A DNA stretch of 64,000 bases from a virus (IMGVR_UViG_3300032226_000829); one strand, 5' to 3'. Shown: positions 35,844 to 45,825, counted from the stretch's first letter. Translations and numbers: made by a program. Notes: generated by a model not told the origin, from the letters alone.

Positions 35844-35875
35844 AAAAAGGGCGGCTCTTAGGGGTCGCCTTTTTT
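35844..35875 (+). terminator. Intrinsic terminator (possibly bidirectional)
   Basis: aaaaaGGGCGGCTC-tta-GGGGTCGCC-tttttt. Confidence 0.8.
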
Positions 35876-36010
35876 ATTTTAAGACAATCCATTTTAAGTC
35901 ATTGATTTATATGACCTTTTAGATGGGTTTAAGGCACCAATATATTTTGACTTTTTGCTTCAAAGAAGTTAATATATACATATTAGGCAAACAAACTATA
36001 GGCAAAACAT

Positions 36011-37015
36011 ATGAAAAGGCAAATCTACGTTCTAGAAGGCAGTTACAGAAATAAAAAAATTGAAAATCAGGTATTTGAACTTGTGAAACCATATCATCCA
36101 TATCCACACAAAGAAGGTGGCTTTGTCACTGTTAAGGTGGAAGACATCAAAGAATTTCCAGGAGCCTCAGATAAAGAGATCAGAGTATCAGTGGATTCAG
36201 AATCCCAACTGAGAGACAACGCACCAGAAACTCCCAAAGAAGAATCAGATGAGCAAGTGGTGGAAAGATTAAGAAAAAGATTTGACATATTAACTGCCAT
36301 GACCAAGGCTTGTAAAAAAGGTGATGTGAGAGCAATGATTGTGTCAGGTCCTCCAGGAGTGGGCAAGTCATTTGGTGTGGAAGCTGTGCTACAAAAACAC
36401 GACATCCTAGCCACATTGGGAGAGAGTAAACCCAAGTATGAAGTGGTCAAAGGCGCTATGAGTGCTTTGGGCTTGTATTGTAAATTGTATCATTTCAAAG
36501 AAAAAGACAATGTATTGGTGTTTGACGATTGCGATAGTATATTGTTGGAAGACCTATCATTGAACATATTGAAGGCAGCATTAGATTCCAAAAGATCTAG
36601 AAGAATTTGTTGGAACACAGAAGCATACAGACTGAGAGAAGAAGGTGTGCCCAGCAGTTTTGAATTCAAAGGATCTGCTATATTCATTACCAATATTAAA
36701 TTTGATAATGTTAAGAGCAAAAAACTAAGAGATCATTTGGAGGCACTGGAGTCTAGAAGTCACTATATTGATCTCACAATAGATACTATCAGAGAAAAAA
36801 TATTGAGAATTAGACAGATTGTGACTGATGGCATGTTGAAAGAATATGAGTTGTCACCAGAAACTGAAAATCAGATAGTGGAGTTTGTGGTGGAACATCA
36901 ACGCAGACTGAGAGAGATCAGTCTTAGAACTGTGCTGAAGGTGGCAGATTTGGCCAAAGCATTTCCTGACACTTGGGCAGAAACTGCTGTGCATACCATA
37001 TTAAAACCTAGATAG
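36011..37015 (+). CDS. P-loop (AAA-like) ATPase
   Basis: Walker A GPPGVGKS; Walker B LVFDDCD. Confidence 0.85.
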   Translation: MKRQIYVLEGSYRNKKIENQVFELVKPYHPYPHKEGGFVTVKVEDIKEFPGASDKEIRVSVDSESQLRDNAPETPKEESDEQVVERLRKRFDILTAMTKACKKGDVRAMIVSGPPGVGKSFGVEAVLQKHDILATLGESKPKYEVVKGAMSALGLYCKLYHFKEKDNVLVFDDCDSILLEDLSLNILKAALDSKRSRRICWNTEAYRLREEGVPSSFEFKGSAIFITNIKFDNVKSKKLRDHLEALESRSHYIDLTIDTIREKILRIRQIVTDGMLKEYELSPETENQIVEFVVEHQRRLREISLRTVLKVADLAKAFPDTWAETAVHTILKPR

Positions 37016-37022
37016 TAGTAAG

Positions 37023-38357
37023 ATGAGAACTCAACCACAAGAAGTAATTGCTAAATTGGAAGCAGACAACAGCAGATTGGCCAAGGAAGCCATTCTGTTG
37101 TCAGCCATGCAGGAAGGATTGGATGAGTTCTTTGAAGGTGTGCGTATGTGTTTGGACAAACTGTACACATTTGGTGTTAAGCAAGTGCCTGAAAAAGACA
37201 CTGTAATATCTGCTCAAGGATGCGAATGGAAGATATTTAAAAAATTAGCAGAACAATTACATCGTAGAGAGCTCACAGGTCATGCGGCTCGTGATGCCAT
37301 TAATCTTGTGATGGGCACAGCCACAGCAGAACAATGGAATGGTTTTTACAGAAGAATATTAATCAAAGACCTAAGATGTGGAGTGAGTGAAAAAACTGTA
37401 AACAGTGTGGCCACTAAGAACAAATTTAAGCAATATGAAGTGCCAGTGTTCACTTGCCAATTAGCACATGACAGCGCCAACCACGAAAAGAAGTTGGTGG
37501 GTAAGAAAATGTTGGAAGTTAAATTGGATGGTGTGAGAGTGATCACTATTGTGTATCCAGATGGCAAAGTGGACATGTTCAGCCGCAATGGCAAAGAGTT
37601 TACCAACTTTGGACACATAGCAGATCAGATATCACAAGTGGTTAAAAAATCACCTCCTCCCTATCCTGTGGTATTGGATGGTGAAGTGATGAGTGAAAAT
37701 TTTCAGGATTTAATGAAGCAGGTACACCGTAAAGAATCAGTGGGTGCTTTGGATGCTGTGTTGCACTTGTTTGATTTCTTACCATTGTCCGATTTTATGG
37801 AAGGTAGTTGGAATAAGAAACAAACAGATAGAACCATCATGCTGAAGGCTTGGTATGATCAACACAAGAGCGATTTAAACGCCGTTACAGTGTTGGCTCA
37901 TGAGATTGTGGACTTGGACACAGCAGAAGGACAAAAGACTTACACAGAGGTTAATAAGAGGGCAGTAGAAGGTGGATATGAAGGCATTATGATCAAGGAC
38001 TTGTCAGCAGGCTATGAATGCAAAAGAAGTCATGCTTGGTTAAAACTAAAACCATTTATTGAAGTGAGCCTCACAATAAAAGATGTGGAAGAAGGCACAG
38101 GTAAGAATGTGGGCAAATTGGGAGCCTTCATTGTGGAAGGCATGGATGATAACAAATTGATCAAAAGTAATGTAGGCTCAGGATTAACAGATGAAGATCG
38201 TGAGACTTTTTGGAAAGACAAAGATTCACTGATTGGACAAGTGATTGAAGTGAGAGCAGATGCTGTGACACAAAATCAAGATGCTGTGGATGAGTATTCC
38301 CTGCGTTTTCCAAGATTTATGAAGTTCAGAGGGTTTGACAAAGGAGAAAAACTGTGA
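37023..38357 (+). CDS. lig: ATP-dependent DNA ligase
   Basis: EVKLDGVR (motif I), LDGE, FD, EGIMIK, WLKLKP, GSGL, LRFPRF. Confidence 0.95.
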   Translation: MRTQPQEVIAKLEADNSRLAKEAILLSAMQEGLDEFFEGVRMCLDKLYTFGVKQVPEKDTVISAQGCEWKIFKKLAEQLHRRELTGHAARDAINLVMGTATAEQWNGFYRRILIKDLRCGVSEKTVNSVATKNKFKQYEVPVFTCQLAHDSANHEKKLVGKKMLEVKLDGVRVITIVYPDGKVDMFSRNGKEFTNFGHIADQISQVVKKSPPPYPVVLDGEVMSENFQDLMKQVHRKESVGALDAVLHLFDFLPLSDFMEGSWNKKQTDRTIMLKAWYDQHKSDLNAVTVLAHEIVDLDTAEGQKTYTEVNKRAVEGGYEGIMIKDLSAGYECKRSHAWLKLKPFIEVSLTIKDVEEGTGKNVGKLGAFIVEGMDDNKLIKSNVGSGLTDEDRETFWKDKDSLIGQVIEVRADAVTQNQDAVDEYSLRFPRFMKFRGFDKGEKL

Positions 38358-38542
38358 GTGAACTGGAGATCATTAAAAAAGCAATGATGGAAAACAAGAA
38401 ACTGTTCTTGAGTGAGATGAAACAATTGAATGACAAGGTGGATGCTTTGAATACCAAATTAAGCAAACACATATCATTCATTGAACAGGTGTATGCTCCG
38501 TTGAGCAACAGCATAGATAAATTTAAAAAATTATTCAAATGA
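38354..38542 (+). CDS. Small coiled-coil hypothetical protein
   Basis: 62 aa, GTG start overlapping the lig stop. Confidence 0.6.
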   Translation: MSELEIIKKAMMENKKLFLSEMKQLNDKVDALNTKLSKHISFIEQVYAPLSNSIDKFKKLFK

Positions 38543-38826
38543 AAAATATATTCAAACACATATTACCAGAAATATTTGACGCAGACACTGCTTTTAATAG
38601 TTCATTGCCTAAGGTTACTAGATTTCAAATACTGATGGTGCTTGCCACCATGTGGGCTTTTATATTTGCATTGATTGTGGCAGAGTTTATTGCATTTGGA
38701 ATCACTGTGACCACCAGTGTGATTGCCCATGCTTTGGTGATAGGTGGCATAATCTTCACAAGAAAAAAATTAAATCAAAGAATTGACGGCTACAATGGTA
38801 GAGCACAGGGTGGAGAGCACGAATGA
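38539..38826 (+). CDS. Two-TM membrane protein
   Basis: 95 aa; two hydrophobic helices. Confidence 0.65.
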   Translation: MKNIFKHILPEIFDADTAFNSSLPKVTRFQILMVLATMWAFIFALIVAEFIAFGITVTTSVIAHALVIGGIIFTRKKLNQRIDGYNGRAQGGEHE

Positions 38827-39038
38827 AAAAATACACAATAGAAATATCAGTGGGCGACACAGTGGAAGTGGGTAGATTCCGTAATGTGGTGGCTAAAATT
38901 ACAGATATACAAATGGACGATCATGGTCAACCAGTGATTTATACCAACAAAGGACCTAAAAAATTATTCAGTTGTAGATTGAGTAAATTAACACCAGGGT
39001 CTAAGACACCCAAGCAGATACTGCAGGAGAAACGATGA
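38823..39038 (+). CDS. Small KOW/SH3-like protein, paralog of 3270..3476
   Basis: IEISVGDTVEVG KOW-like pattern. Confidence 0.55.
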   Translation: MKKYTIEISVGDTVEVGRFRNVVAKITDIQMDDHGQPVIYTNKGPKKLFSCRLSKLTPGSKTPKQILQEKR

Positions 39039-39250
39039 ATACTGATATCACACTGCTGATGGGCATAGTATTATTGCTGATGTTGGGTGCTTTAATCGGT
39101 TGGTATCTGAGTGAAAGATGGTATTCCCAAAGACTTTTTATCATACTGGAAGAGTGCAAAAAATTAAATGCAGCCACCATCACACTGTGGCAAGACATAC
39201 TCAAACACAAAGAAAAAAATCTTCAAGATCAAGACAATTTACCTAAATAG
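39035..39250 (+). CDS. Single-TM hypothetical protein
   Basis: N-terminal hydrophobic helix. Confidence 0.55.
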   Translation: MNTDITLLMGIVLLLMLGALIGWYLSERWYSQRLFIILEECKKLNAATITLWQDILKHKEKNLQDQDNLPK

Positions 39251-39259
39251 GTTGATTTT

Positions 39260-40129
39260 ATGTTCAAATGGCTATATAGCTGTTATAGCATGAATGATAC
39301 CGCAGAAAAATATCGTCCCAGCATACAGGATAGAATCGCAGAGAGAGTGCGTGAAATAGTTGTGCCAGTGGAAGACTGGTTGGATCGATTGATTACCATG
39401 CCTGATAGATTTAATCCTGAAACATTCCAACTGATAGAACATTTCAAAAAAGAAAAAGTGGGTGGCGTGCATGCCCGTAAGATTATAGAAATGTACGAAA
39501 CTCAATACAAAGAATACAAGGATCTATTGGAACTGAGAAAAAAGAATTTAAAATTTAAAGAGATTGACGAAGAAGGAGAAGGTGATTCTGAAGAAAGACA
39601 ACTGTTGGAATCATACGAAGACGTCAGCAATGAAGTGATAGAAAAAGGTATCAAAGCTCATGATAACATATTCAAAGCCTGCGATTATATGATAGATATT
39701 GCCAATGCCAATCGTAAACCACGCAAGAAGAAACTCATCAGCAAAGAAAAAATGGTATCCAAATTACAATATTGTGTGGAAGACACCAAGTACAATTTAA
39801 AAAGCATTGATCCCAAAGATATTATCACAGCCGAACAGGTATGGGTGTTCAATACAAAAACTAGAAAATTAGGCATATATGTGGCCAGTGTGTTGGATCC
39901 TAGAGGACTCAACAGAGAGGGCACAGGATTGAGTGTGAAAGGTGCCAGCATACAAGGATTTAACCCAGAAAAAAGCATACAAAAGACCCTTAGAAAGCCT
40001 GAACTGCAACTGAATGAATTTATGAAGTGTGGCCCAGTTAAATCCAAGACCTTTTTCACAGAGATCAACAGCATGGAAATTGCCCTCTCAGGACGCATTA
40101 ATTCGGACACCGTATTATTAAAAGTTTAG
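39260..40129 (+). CDS. Hypothetical phage protein
   Basis: 289 aa; WVFNTKTRKLGIY, TLRKPE. Confidence 0.75.
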   Translation: MFKWLYSCYSMNDTAEKYRPSIQDRIAERVREIVVPVEDWLDRLITMPDRFNPETFQLIEHFKKEKVGGVHARKIIEMYETQYKEYKDLLELRKKNLKFKEIDEEGEGDSEERQLLESYEDVSNEVIEKGIKAHDNIFKACDYMIDIANANRKPRKKKLISKEKMVSKLQYCVEDTKYNLKSIDPKDIITAEQVWVFNTKTRKLGIYVASVLDPRGLNREGTGLSVKGASIQGFNPEKSIQKTLRKPELQLNEFMKCGPVKSKTFFTEINSMEIALSGRINSDTVLLKV

Positions 40130-40130
40130 A

Positions 40131-40138
40131 TATAAATA
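40131..40138 (+). promoter_or_regulatory. T4-type late promoter (TATAAATA); representative of many TAAATA motifs in the window
   Basis: Exact T4 late consensus 7 nt before ATG 40146; TAAATA also at 3474, 4276, 5597, 6662, 10618, 11050, 41499, 44546, 56417 and 57139. Confidence 0.75.
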
Positions 40139-40145
40139 GTAGTGT

Positions 40146-41036
40146 ATGTCAAAATCCATTGAACGCAATATAGCATCAGTTAATAAAGGAGCAGACGATT
40201 TTACCACTGGTTTAAAACAGTTGGCACAATCTGCAGCAGATGCCATCAACAACAAGCATATTCAAGAGAAACCCATTGAGTTCATGGGCACTGCTGACAA
40301 TGGTATCTACGGCAAAGGACTACAGTGGACCGGAGTTGGACAAACCAAATATCTAGTGCTGCAGGCCACTCCAGACAGAATTTGGAGCAACGTCAACATA
40401 GATTTAAAACCAGAGAATCATTACAGCATTGACAACACATCAGTATTGAGTGCCAATGAGTTGGGCAAAACCGTGACCAAGAGCAATCTACGTCAGGTGG
40501 GCACATTGAATAATCTGGTGGTGTCAGGCAATTTAAACGTGAGTCAATTTGTTATTTTTGATTCGGGCATGAACAGACTGGGCGTGGGCACAGAAACTCC
40601 AAATGCCACATTATCAGTGGCCAGCAACACTGTGGAATTTATTGTGCAACCAGGTGTGTCTGCAGCAGACATAGGCACTCATACCAACAGTGGTCTTAAT
40701 ATTAAAACTGACAACACAGATAGAATTTCAATCACAGCCAATGGCCATATCACTTTGGGATTGAAAGGCAACACTGAAACTAAAATTAATATGTACGGCA
40801 GAGTGGGTATTGGTGTTACCAGTGTGGAATCAGATGTGAGTCTCAGCACTTCAGGAGCAGTGAAATTCCAAAACAAAAAATTTGAAATTGGCAACAGTGA
40901 GCCTTTGGCAGGATCTTACACTCAGGGTGATGTGGTATGGAACAGTGCACCAACTCCAGGCAACGTAATAGGTTGGGTGTGTGTGTTGACCGGCACTCCA
41001 GGACAGTGGAAATCATTCGGCGCAATAGCCAATTAA
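40146..41036 (+). CDS. Fibre-like virion protein
   Basis: VGTLNNLVVSG, RLGVGTETPNATL, VGIGV repeats; C-terminal GDVVWN..P..G..IGWVC...G.PG.W. Confidence 0.6.
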   Translation: MSKSIERNIASVNKGADDFTTGLKQLAQSAADAINNKHIQEKPIEFMGTADNGIYGKGLQWTGVGQTKYLVLQATPDRIWSNVNIDLKPENHYSIDNTSVLSANELGKTVTKSNLRQVGTLNNLVVSGNLNVSQFVIFDSGMNRLGVGTETPNATLSVASNTVEFIVQPGVSAADIGTHTNSGLNIKTDNTDRISITANGHITLGLKGNTETKINMYGRVGIGVTSVESDVSLSTSGAVKFQNKKFEIGNSEPLAGSYTQGDVVWNSAPTPGNVIGWVCVLTGTPGQWKSFGAIAN

Positions 41037-41037
41037 T

Positions 41038-41484
41038 CTAAGTACTCATCACATCTTTGAGATATTTCTTATTCCAATATTTGTAATAATTCTTTGATCG
41101 CAAGAATTTTCTAGCAGACTCTAATTTGGATCTTTTTTGACACAGTATAAGATTGTACAAACCGTTGTTGGTTCTCACGTTTTTAATTTGAGTTTCTTCA
41201 TCCCAATGATCAGCTAGGAATACATATTCCTTATGAGTATCATTCAATTGATCGCACAACTCATACATGTCTTTCTTTTTCATGCGAAATTCTTTGAGAT
41301 ACAACAGCACGTCCAAGGTTTCCAACAGTGTTTGGTCTTTTTCAAATCTAATCTTTTTGCGTACTCTGTCTAGGATCTTATATCGGGCACGGACAGCATA
41401 AGGACACACTGCCAACCCTCCCAATTCTGATTGAACCATGCTGAGATGTTTGGTCCAGAGCTTGATGTGTGATTTCATAGACAT
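41038..41484 (-). CDS. Hypothetical protein
   Basis: VCPYA motif; start at 41484 downstream of a minus-strand TAAATA. Confidence 0.6.
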   Translation of the reverse strand: MSMKSHIKLWTKHLSMVQSELGGLAVCPYAVRARYKILDRVRKKIRFEKDQTLLETLDVLLYLKEFRMKKKDMYELCDQLNDTHKEYVFLADHWDEETQIKNVRTNNGLYNLILCQKRSKLESARKFLRSKNYYKYWNKKYLKDVMST

Positions 41485-41509
41485 ATATGTGTATTTAATA
41501 AATATAGAC

Positions 41510-42094
41510 ATGTTTGTAATAGGCAACGGTGAAAGTCGAAAGCACATAAACCTCGACAAAATTAATCAAACCAAGATAGGCTGCAATGCTGTGTTTAGAG
41601 ATTGGCAAATGGATCATCTAGTTTGTTGTGATCGCAAGATGGTGTTGGAAGCTCTGCATGAAACCAATCCAGACCTTACCAAAATACACACCAGAGCTGA
41701 ATATATCAGTATGGATTCAAGATTGAGTTGTGTGCCAGATTTGCCTTATGAGAGCAAACTGAGACAGGATCAACCCATTCATTGGGGCAGTGGTCCTTAT
41801 GCTGTGCTGTTGGCCATAAAACTTATTCATTCCGATGAAACCATCCACCTGTTGGGATTTGATCTATATGGCACCGGAGAGAGAATCAATAATGTGTACA
41901 AAGACAGTGTGGGTTATAAAAAATCGCATGAAAGAGCAGTGGATCCTAGATATTGGATACATCAGTTGCACCAGTTGTTTGAATTGCATCCAAACATAAA
42001 ATTTGTGATGCATGTGACAGAATCTTTCGTCAAACCCACTGAATGGCATCATACCAATTTAGAATATCAGAGCTTGACAATGTTGCGGCAATAA
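41510..42094 (+). CDS. Rossmann-like (DUF115/MptE or glycosyltransferase-like) protein
   Basis: FVIGNGES, IGCNA, HLVCCD, GSGP.A, LLGFD. Confidence 0.65.
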   Translation: MFVIGNGESRKHINLDKINQTKIGCNAVFRDWQMDHLVCCDRKMVLEALHETNPDLTKIHTRAEYISMDSRLSCVPDLPYESKLRQDQPIHWGSGPYAVLLAIKLIHSDETIHLLGFDLYGTGERINNVYKDSVGYKKSHERAVDPRYWIHQLHQLFELHPNIKFVMHVTESFVKPTEWHHTNLEYQSLTMLRQ

Positions 42095-42198
42095 TGTAAT
42101 AATATATGATGTTTGTAATTTATGACAATTACGCATAGAGGACTTGGTATAATCCCTCTTTAAAAATTCTTCTACCATATTAAACAATAGGAGATAAT

Positions 42199-42726
42199 AT
42201 GGTGAAATATTACAGTACAAAAACATACGGCAACGACCGAGGTTTGAGTTGTTGTTTTAGACAGTGGCAGAGCACTCATTCACACTGTTCTTTGCTGCAT
42301 GGTTACAGCATAGGTATTAAATTAATTTTTGAATCAGAGACTCTGGATGATCGCAATTGGGTCATGGACTTTGGTGGATTGAAAGCATTCAAAGAATGGA
42401 GTGAACACATGTTTGATCACACATTGGTGGTGGCTGAAAATGATCCACACCTAGACAAATTTAAAGCATTGGCAGCATTGGGATTAAATTCAGTGGGCGG
42501 CATCTGTGATCTACGCATAGTGCCAGCAGTGGGCTGTGAAAAATTCAGCGAGTTGGTTTACAATGAGATGAACAAGATATTGAAAACTTTTCAGTCAGGC
42601 AAGACTTACAAGTTGCCCAACGGTAAAGGATTTGATTGCAGGTATCCTGTGGGTCAAGGAGTCAAATTGCATTCAGTAGAAGTGTTTGAACACGCAGGGA
42701 ATTCGGCCATATATCAAGCACAATAA
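42199..42726 (+). CDS. queD: 6-carboxytetrahydropterin synthase (QueD/PTPS family)
   Basis: HSHCSLLHGY, WVMDFGGLK, FDH, GCEKF, VEVFE. Confidence 0.85.
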   Translation: MVKYYSTKTYGNDRGLSCCFRQWQSTHSHCSLLHGYSIGIKLIFESETLDDRNWVMDFGGLKAFKEWSEHMFDHTLVVAENDPHLDKFKALAALGLNSVGGICDLRIVPAVGCEKFSELVYNEMNKILKTFQSGKTYKLPNGKGFDCRYPVGQGVKLHSVEVFEHAGNSAIYQAQ

Positions 42727-42738
42727 ATACTCCTGACC

Positions 42739-43443
42739 ATGTCTAACAATTATGTGTTGTGTCTCAAACACGGCAACAAATACAGTGCTGAATATGTGAA
42801 TGTGTTAAAAAAAATGACACAACGCAATCTCACAGTGGCACATGAATTTGTGTGTTTCACTGAAGATCCCAAAGGCATAGATCCAGACATCAGAATATTG
42901 CCACTGCCTGCAGTTGTTCTCAAAGGATGGTGGTACAAAACCATGCTGTTCAATCCCCACTTGCCCATACAAGGCACCATGCTGTTCATTGATTTGGATG
43001 TGATTATTTTTAAAAACATAGACAAATTGTTCACCCACAAGCCTGGAGAATTCTGTGTGTGCAGAGACTTCAACAGATGTTTTCAACCCAACTGGCAGAA
43101 GATGAACAGTTCAGTGGTGCGTTGGAGCACAGGACAACACCCACAGATTTACAACAATTTTATCAAAGATCCACACACCATCAGCAAGAGATTTCATGGA
43201 GATCAAGACTGGTTGTTTGATCAGGTCAAAAAACACTATCAGTTCTGGCCTGATGAATGGATACAATCCTACAAGTGGGAGATGCGTGGCAATCCCAAAT
43301 TGGTGAGACAGAAGACAGGTTTCAAAAACTTCACATCACCTGGTGAGCCCAAAATTAAATCAGACACTGCTGTGGCTGTGTTTCACGGTGATCCCAATCC
43401 TAGAGAATGCGTGGATCCTTGGTGTCAAACCCATTGGAAATAG
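42739..43443 (+). CDS. GT-A fold glycosyltransferase
   Basis: LCLKHGNKY, WWYK..LF, FIDLDV (DxD), NSSV, GDQDW, VFHGDPNP. Confidence 0.8.
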   Translation: MSNNYVLCLKHGNKYSAEYVNVLKKMTQRNLTVAHEFVCFTEDPKGIDPDIRILPLPAVVLKGWWYKTMLFNPHLPIQGTMLFIDLDVIIFKNIDKLFTHKPGEFCVCRDFNRCFQPNWQKMNSSVVRWSTGQHPQIYNNFIKDPHTISKRFHGDQDWLFDQVKKHYQFWPDEWIQSYKWEMRGNPKLVRQKTGFKNFTSPGEPKIKSDTAVAVFHGDPNPRECVDPWCQTHWK

Positions 43444-43492
43444 CCATTGAATTCACATTGACTGCAGTCAAAATATCGCATATACTAATAGT

Positions 43493-44545
43493 ATGATCAA
43501 AAGAATAGGTTTCTGCTGTCAATGGTTTCATCATGATAGAACTCTTAAAAAGAAACAACTGGAAGAATTAGAACGTCCTTACAATACCAGAGCTACCACT
43601 GTGCGTTGGTTGAACGAACACAAGGAACAAGCCGAAGAAAAACTGGCATTTGTGTTCAAACACAATATAGATGGCATCAAGAATTTAATATTAAAAGTGT
43701 CTGAACTGCCTGTGAGCAGAAGAATGTGCAGAATATCATCACCCATACTGCCAGTGGCCACTGAAAACACTTGGAGATACTATTGGGATAAACCAGAAAT
43801 TATAAAGTATTGCGAACAACATTTTGCTGAAGCAGGCGATTTGGCTCGCAAACACAATGTTAAAGTATCTTTCCATCCAGGACAATTCACGGTGTTGGCA
43901 TCGGATAATCCAGACATAGTGGAAAGAAGCATAGACGAATTTGAATATCATGTGCGTATGGCGAAAATGATGGGTTTTGGTAAGAAATGGCAGGATGGTT
44001 GTAAAATCAATGTACACATATCCGGTCGTCAAGGTCCAGAAGGTATTATAAAAGCATTGCCTAGATAAAGCCCTGAAGCTCGTAACTTAATCACCATTGA
44101 AAATGATGAAATGGGTTGGGGGTTGGATGCCACACTCAAATTAGAGAAACATGTGGCACTGGTGCTGGACATACATCATCACCTTATACGAGATGAAGAA
44201 TACATACGTCCCACTGATGACAGAGTCAAAAGAGTCATAGACAGTTGGAGAGGCGTGCGACCCACCATGCATTATTCTTATTTTAGAGATGAAGCTTTAA
44301 TGCCAGCATTTGATGCTGACACACAGCACATGATGCATAAAAATATGTTGCCCATGAAAGACTTAATAACGTTGGGCTGTCAAAAGGTAAAATTGAGATC
44401 TCACAGTGATCTGTTGCCCAATGCAGCACACAATGAATGGGCACTGTCATTTTTAGAATGCATGGACATTCAGGTGGAAGCAAAGGCCAAGAACTTGGCA
44501 GCTGAACAACTGCACAATCAGGCACAAGCTCTGGGTCTACTGTAA
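43493..44545 (+). pseudogene. uvsE: UV damage endonuclease interrupted by a single in-frame TAA
   Basis: ORFs 43493..44068 and 44111..44545 share a frame: ...ALPR-TAA(44066-68)-SPEARNLITIENDE; motifs SFHPGQF, NVH, IENDE, LDIHH, MHYS, RSHSD, VEAKAK. Confidence 0.85.
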
Positions 44546-44556
44546 TAAATACTGCC

Positions 44557-45126
44557 ATGCAAGACATGAAGCAGTGGATCGAATTGTTCGAAACCAAACA
44601 AAAACGTGAAAAAACCCTAGTGTTGGAAACATTGCCTTATGGCATGGGTGATTTGGATCCTGTGCTGAGCCGTGCCAATGTGGAATATCATTATGGAGTA
44701 TTGAGCCGAGGTTATGTGAATCGATACAACACAGGAGAAGGTGATCCTGATTTCAATTATGGTGGTGCTAAATTGCACAATTTATTTTGGGCTCAATTGC
44801 AAGCACCCCGAGGCAGCAATCTTCCTCAAGGCACAATAAAAGAATTCATAAACGAACATCATAAAGATTATGACAGTTTTAAAGAAACGTTACTTTTGAC
44901 CACTATGAAACTGCAAGGATCTGGATGGGTGTACTTGTCTCGATCAGGAGAGATCAAAACCACTCCCAATCAAACATATCGAACTGATATTTTAATGCCC
45001 ATAGATATGTGGGAACATTCATTTATGGATTATGTGCCGGCAAAAGATGCCAAGAAACGCTACATTACAAATATTTTTAAAATAATCAATTGGTCTACAA
45101 TCAACGACCGTTTGAACACAAAATAA
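44557..45126 (+). CDS. sod: Fe/Mn superoxide dismutase with N-terminal extension
   Basis: LPY...DLDPVLS...VEYH, HNLFW, GSGW, DMWEH. Confidence 0.88.
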   Translation: MQDMKQWIELFETKQKREKTLVLETLPYGMGDLDPVLSRANVEYHYGVLSRGYVNRYNTGEGDPDFNYGGAKLHNLFWAQLQAPRGSNLPQGTIKEFINEHHKDYDSFKETLLLTTMKLQGSGWVYLSRSGEIKTTPNQTYRTDILMPIDMWEHSFMDYVPAKDAKKRYITNIFKIINWSTINDRLNTK

Positions 45127-45414
45127 TCACAATTCATCTATAGGTGTATCACTGCTGACATTCATGTCCAGTATTTTGCGTTGCCGCACACCTTGTTGCT
45201 GTGCAAAACGCTTGGGATCACATGCACCGCACACATGCTTGTAATCATTGCTGATGCGTTTGATGGCTATGCTGCCTTTCTCCCTTTCAAACAGTGCATT
45301 GCAACTGTCACACTGGAACTTATAGTAGGTTTTGTGACGCACACAGGTGTGTTTTGTGCCCAGTTTACTGATGCGTTCAGTAAGATGTTGTTTCACAACT
45401 TTTTCTAAAAACAT
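45127..45414 (-). CDS. Zn-ribbon (CxxC...CxxC) hypothetical protein
   Basis: CDSC and CGAC; TAAATA upstream on the minus strand. Confidence 0.7.
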   Translation of the reverse strand: MFLEKVVKQHLTERISKLGTKHTCVRHKTYYKFQCDSCNALFEREKGSIAIKRISNDYKHVCGACDPKRFAQQQGVRQRKILDMNVSSDTPIDEL

Positions 45415-45477
45415 ATACTTGTATTTACATTAGGATTTGTGTTTTTTTAATAAATAATTGAAACAGAACGGAAACAC

Positions 45478-45825
45478 ATGGCTGTAATCACTGTCACTGA
45501 AAGAGCAATCGAAAAGATCAAAGAGTTGTGTCATCACAACAACAAATATGCTGTGAGACTCAGCATCAAAGGTGGTGGGTGTGCAGGTTATTCCTACGAT
45601 TGGGGATTTGCTGATCAATCAGAAATTGCACCTGGAGATGAGCTGTTAAACTTTGGCAATGGAACCAAGTTCACCATAGATGCTGCCAGTGTGATGTATA
45701 TTCTAGGCACTGAGTTGGATTATGTGACTGAAGTGTTTGGATCACATTTTGACATTCGCAATCCCAATGCCAAGAGCGCATGTGGTTGTGGTGAGAGCAT
45801 CAGTTTTGAAAAGGAGACAGCATAA
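45478..45825 (+). CDS. iscA: A-type Fe-S carrier (IscA/HesB)
   Basis: GGGCAGYSY, ELDYV, NPNAKSACGCGES. Confidence 0.93.
   Translation: MAVITVTERAIEKIKELCHHNNKYAVRLSIKGGGCAGYSYDWGFADQSEIAPGDELLNFGNGTKFTIDAASVMYILGTELDYVTEVFGSHFDIRNPNAKSACGCGESISFEKETA

Noticed and set aside
43493-44545. Genome-wide stop-codon reassignment suggested by the in-frame TAA in uvsE
   Set aside because: TAA is the dominant terminator here and long genes (nrdA, lig, the 2185-aa tail gene) read intact in code 11; one case does not indicate recoding.
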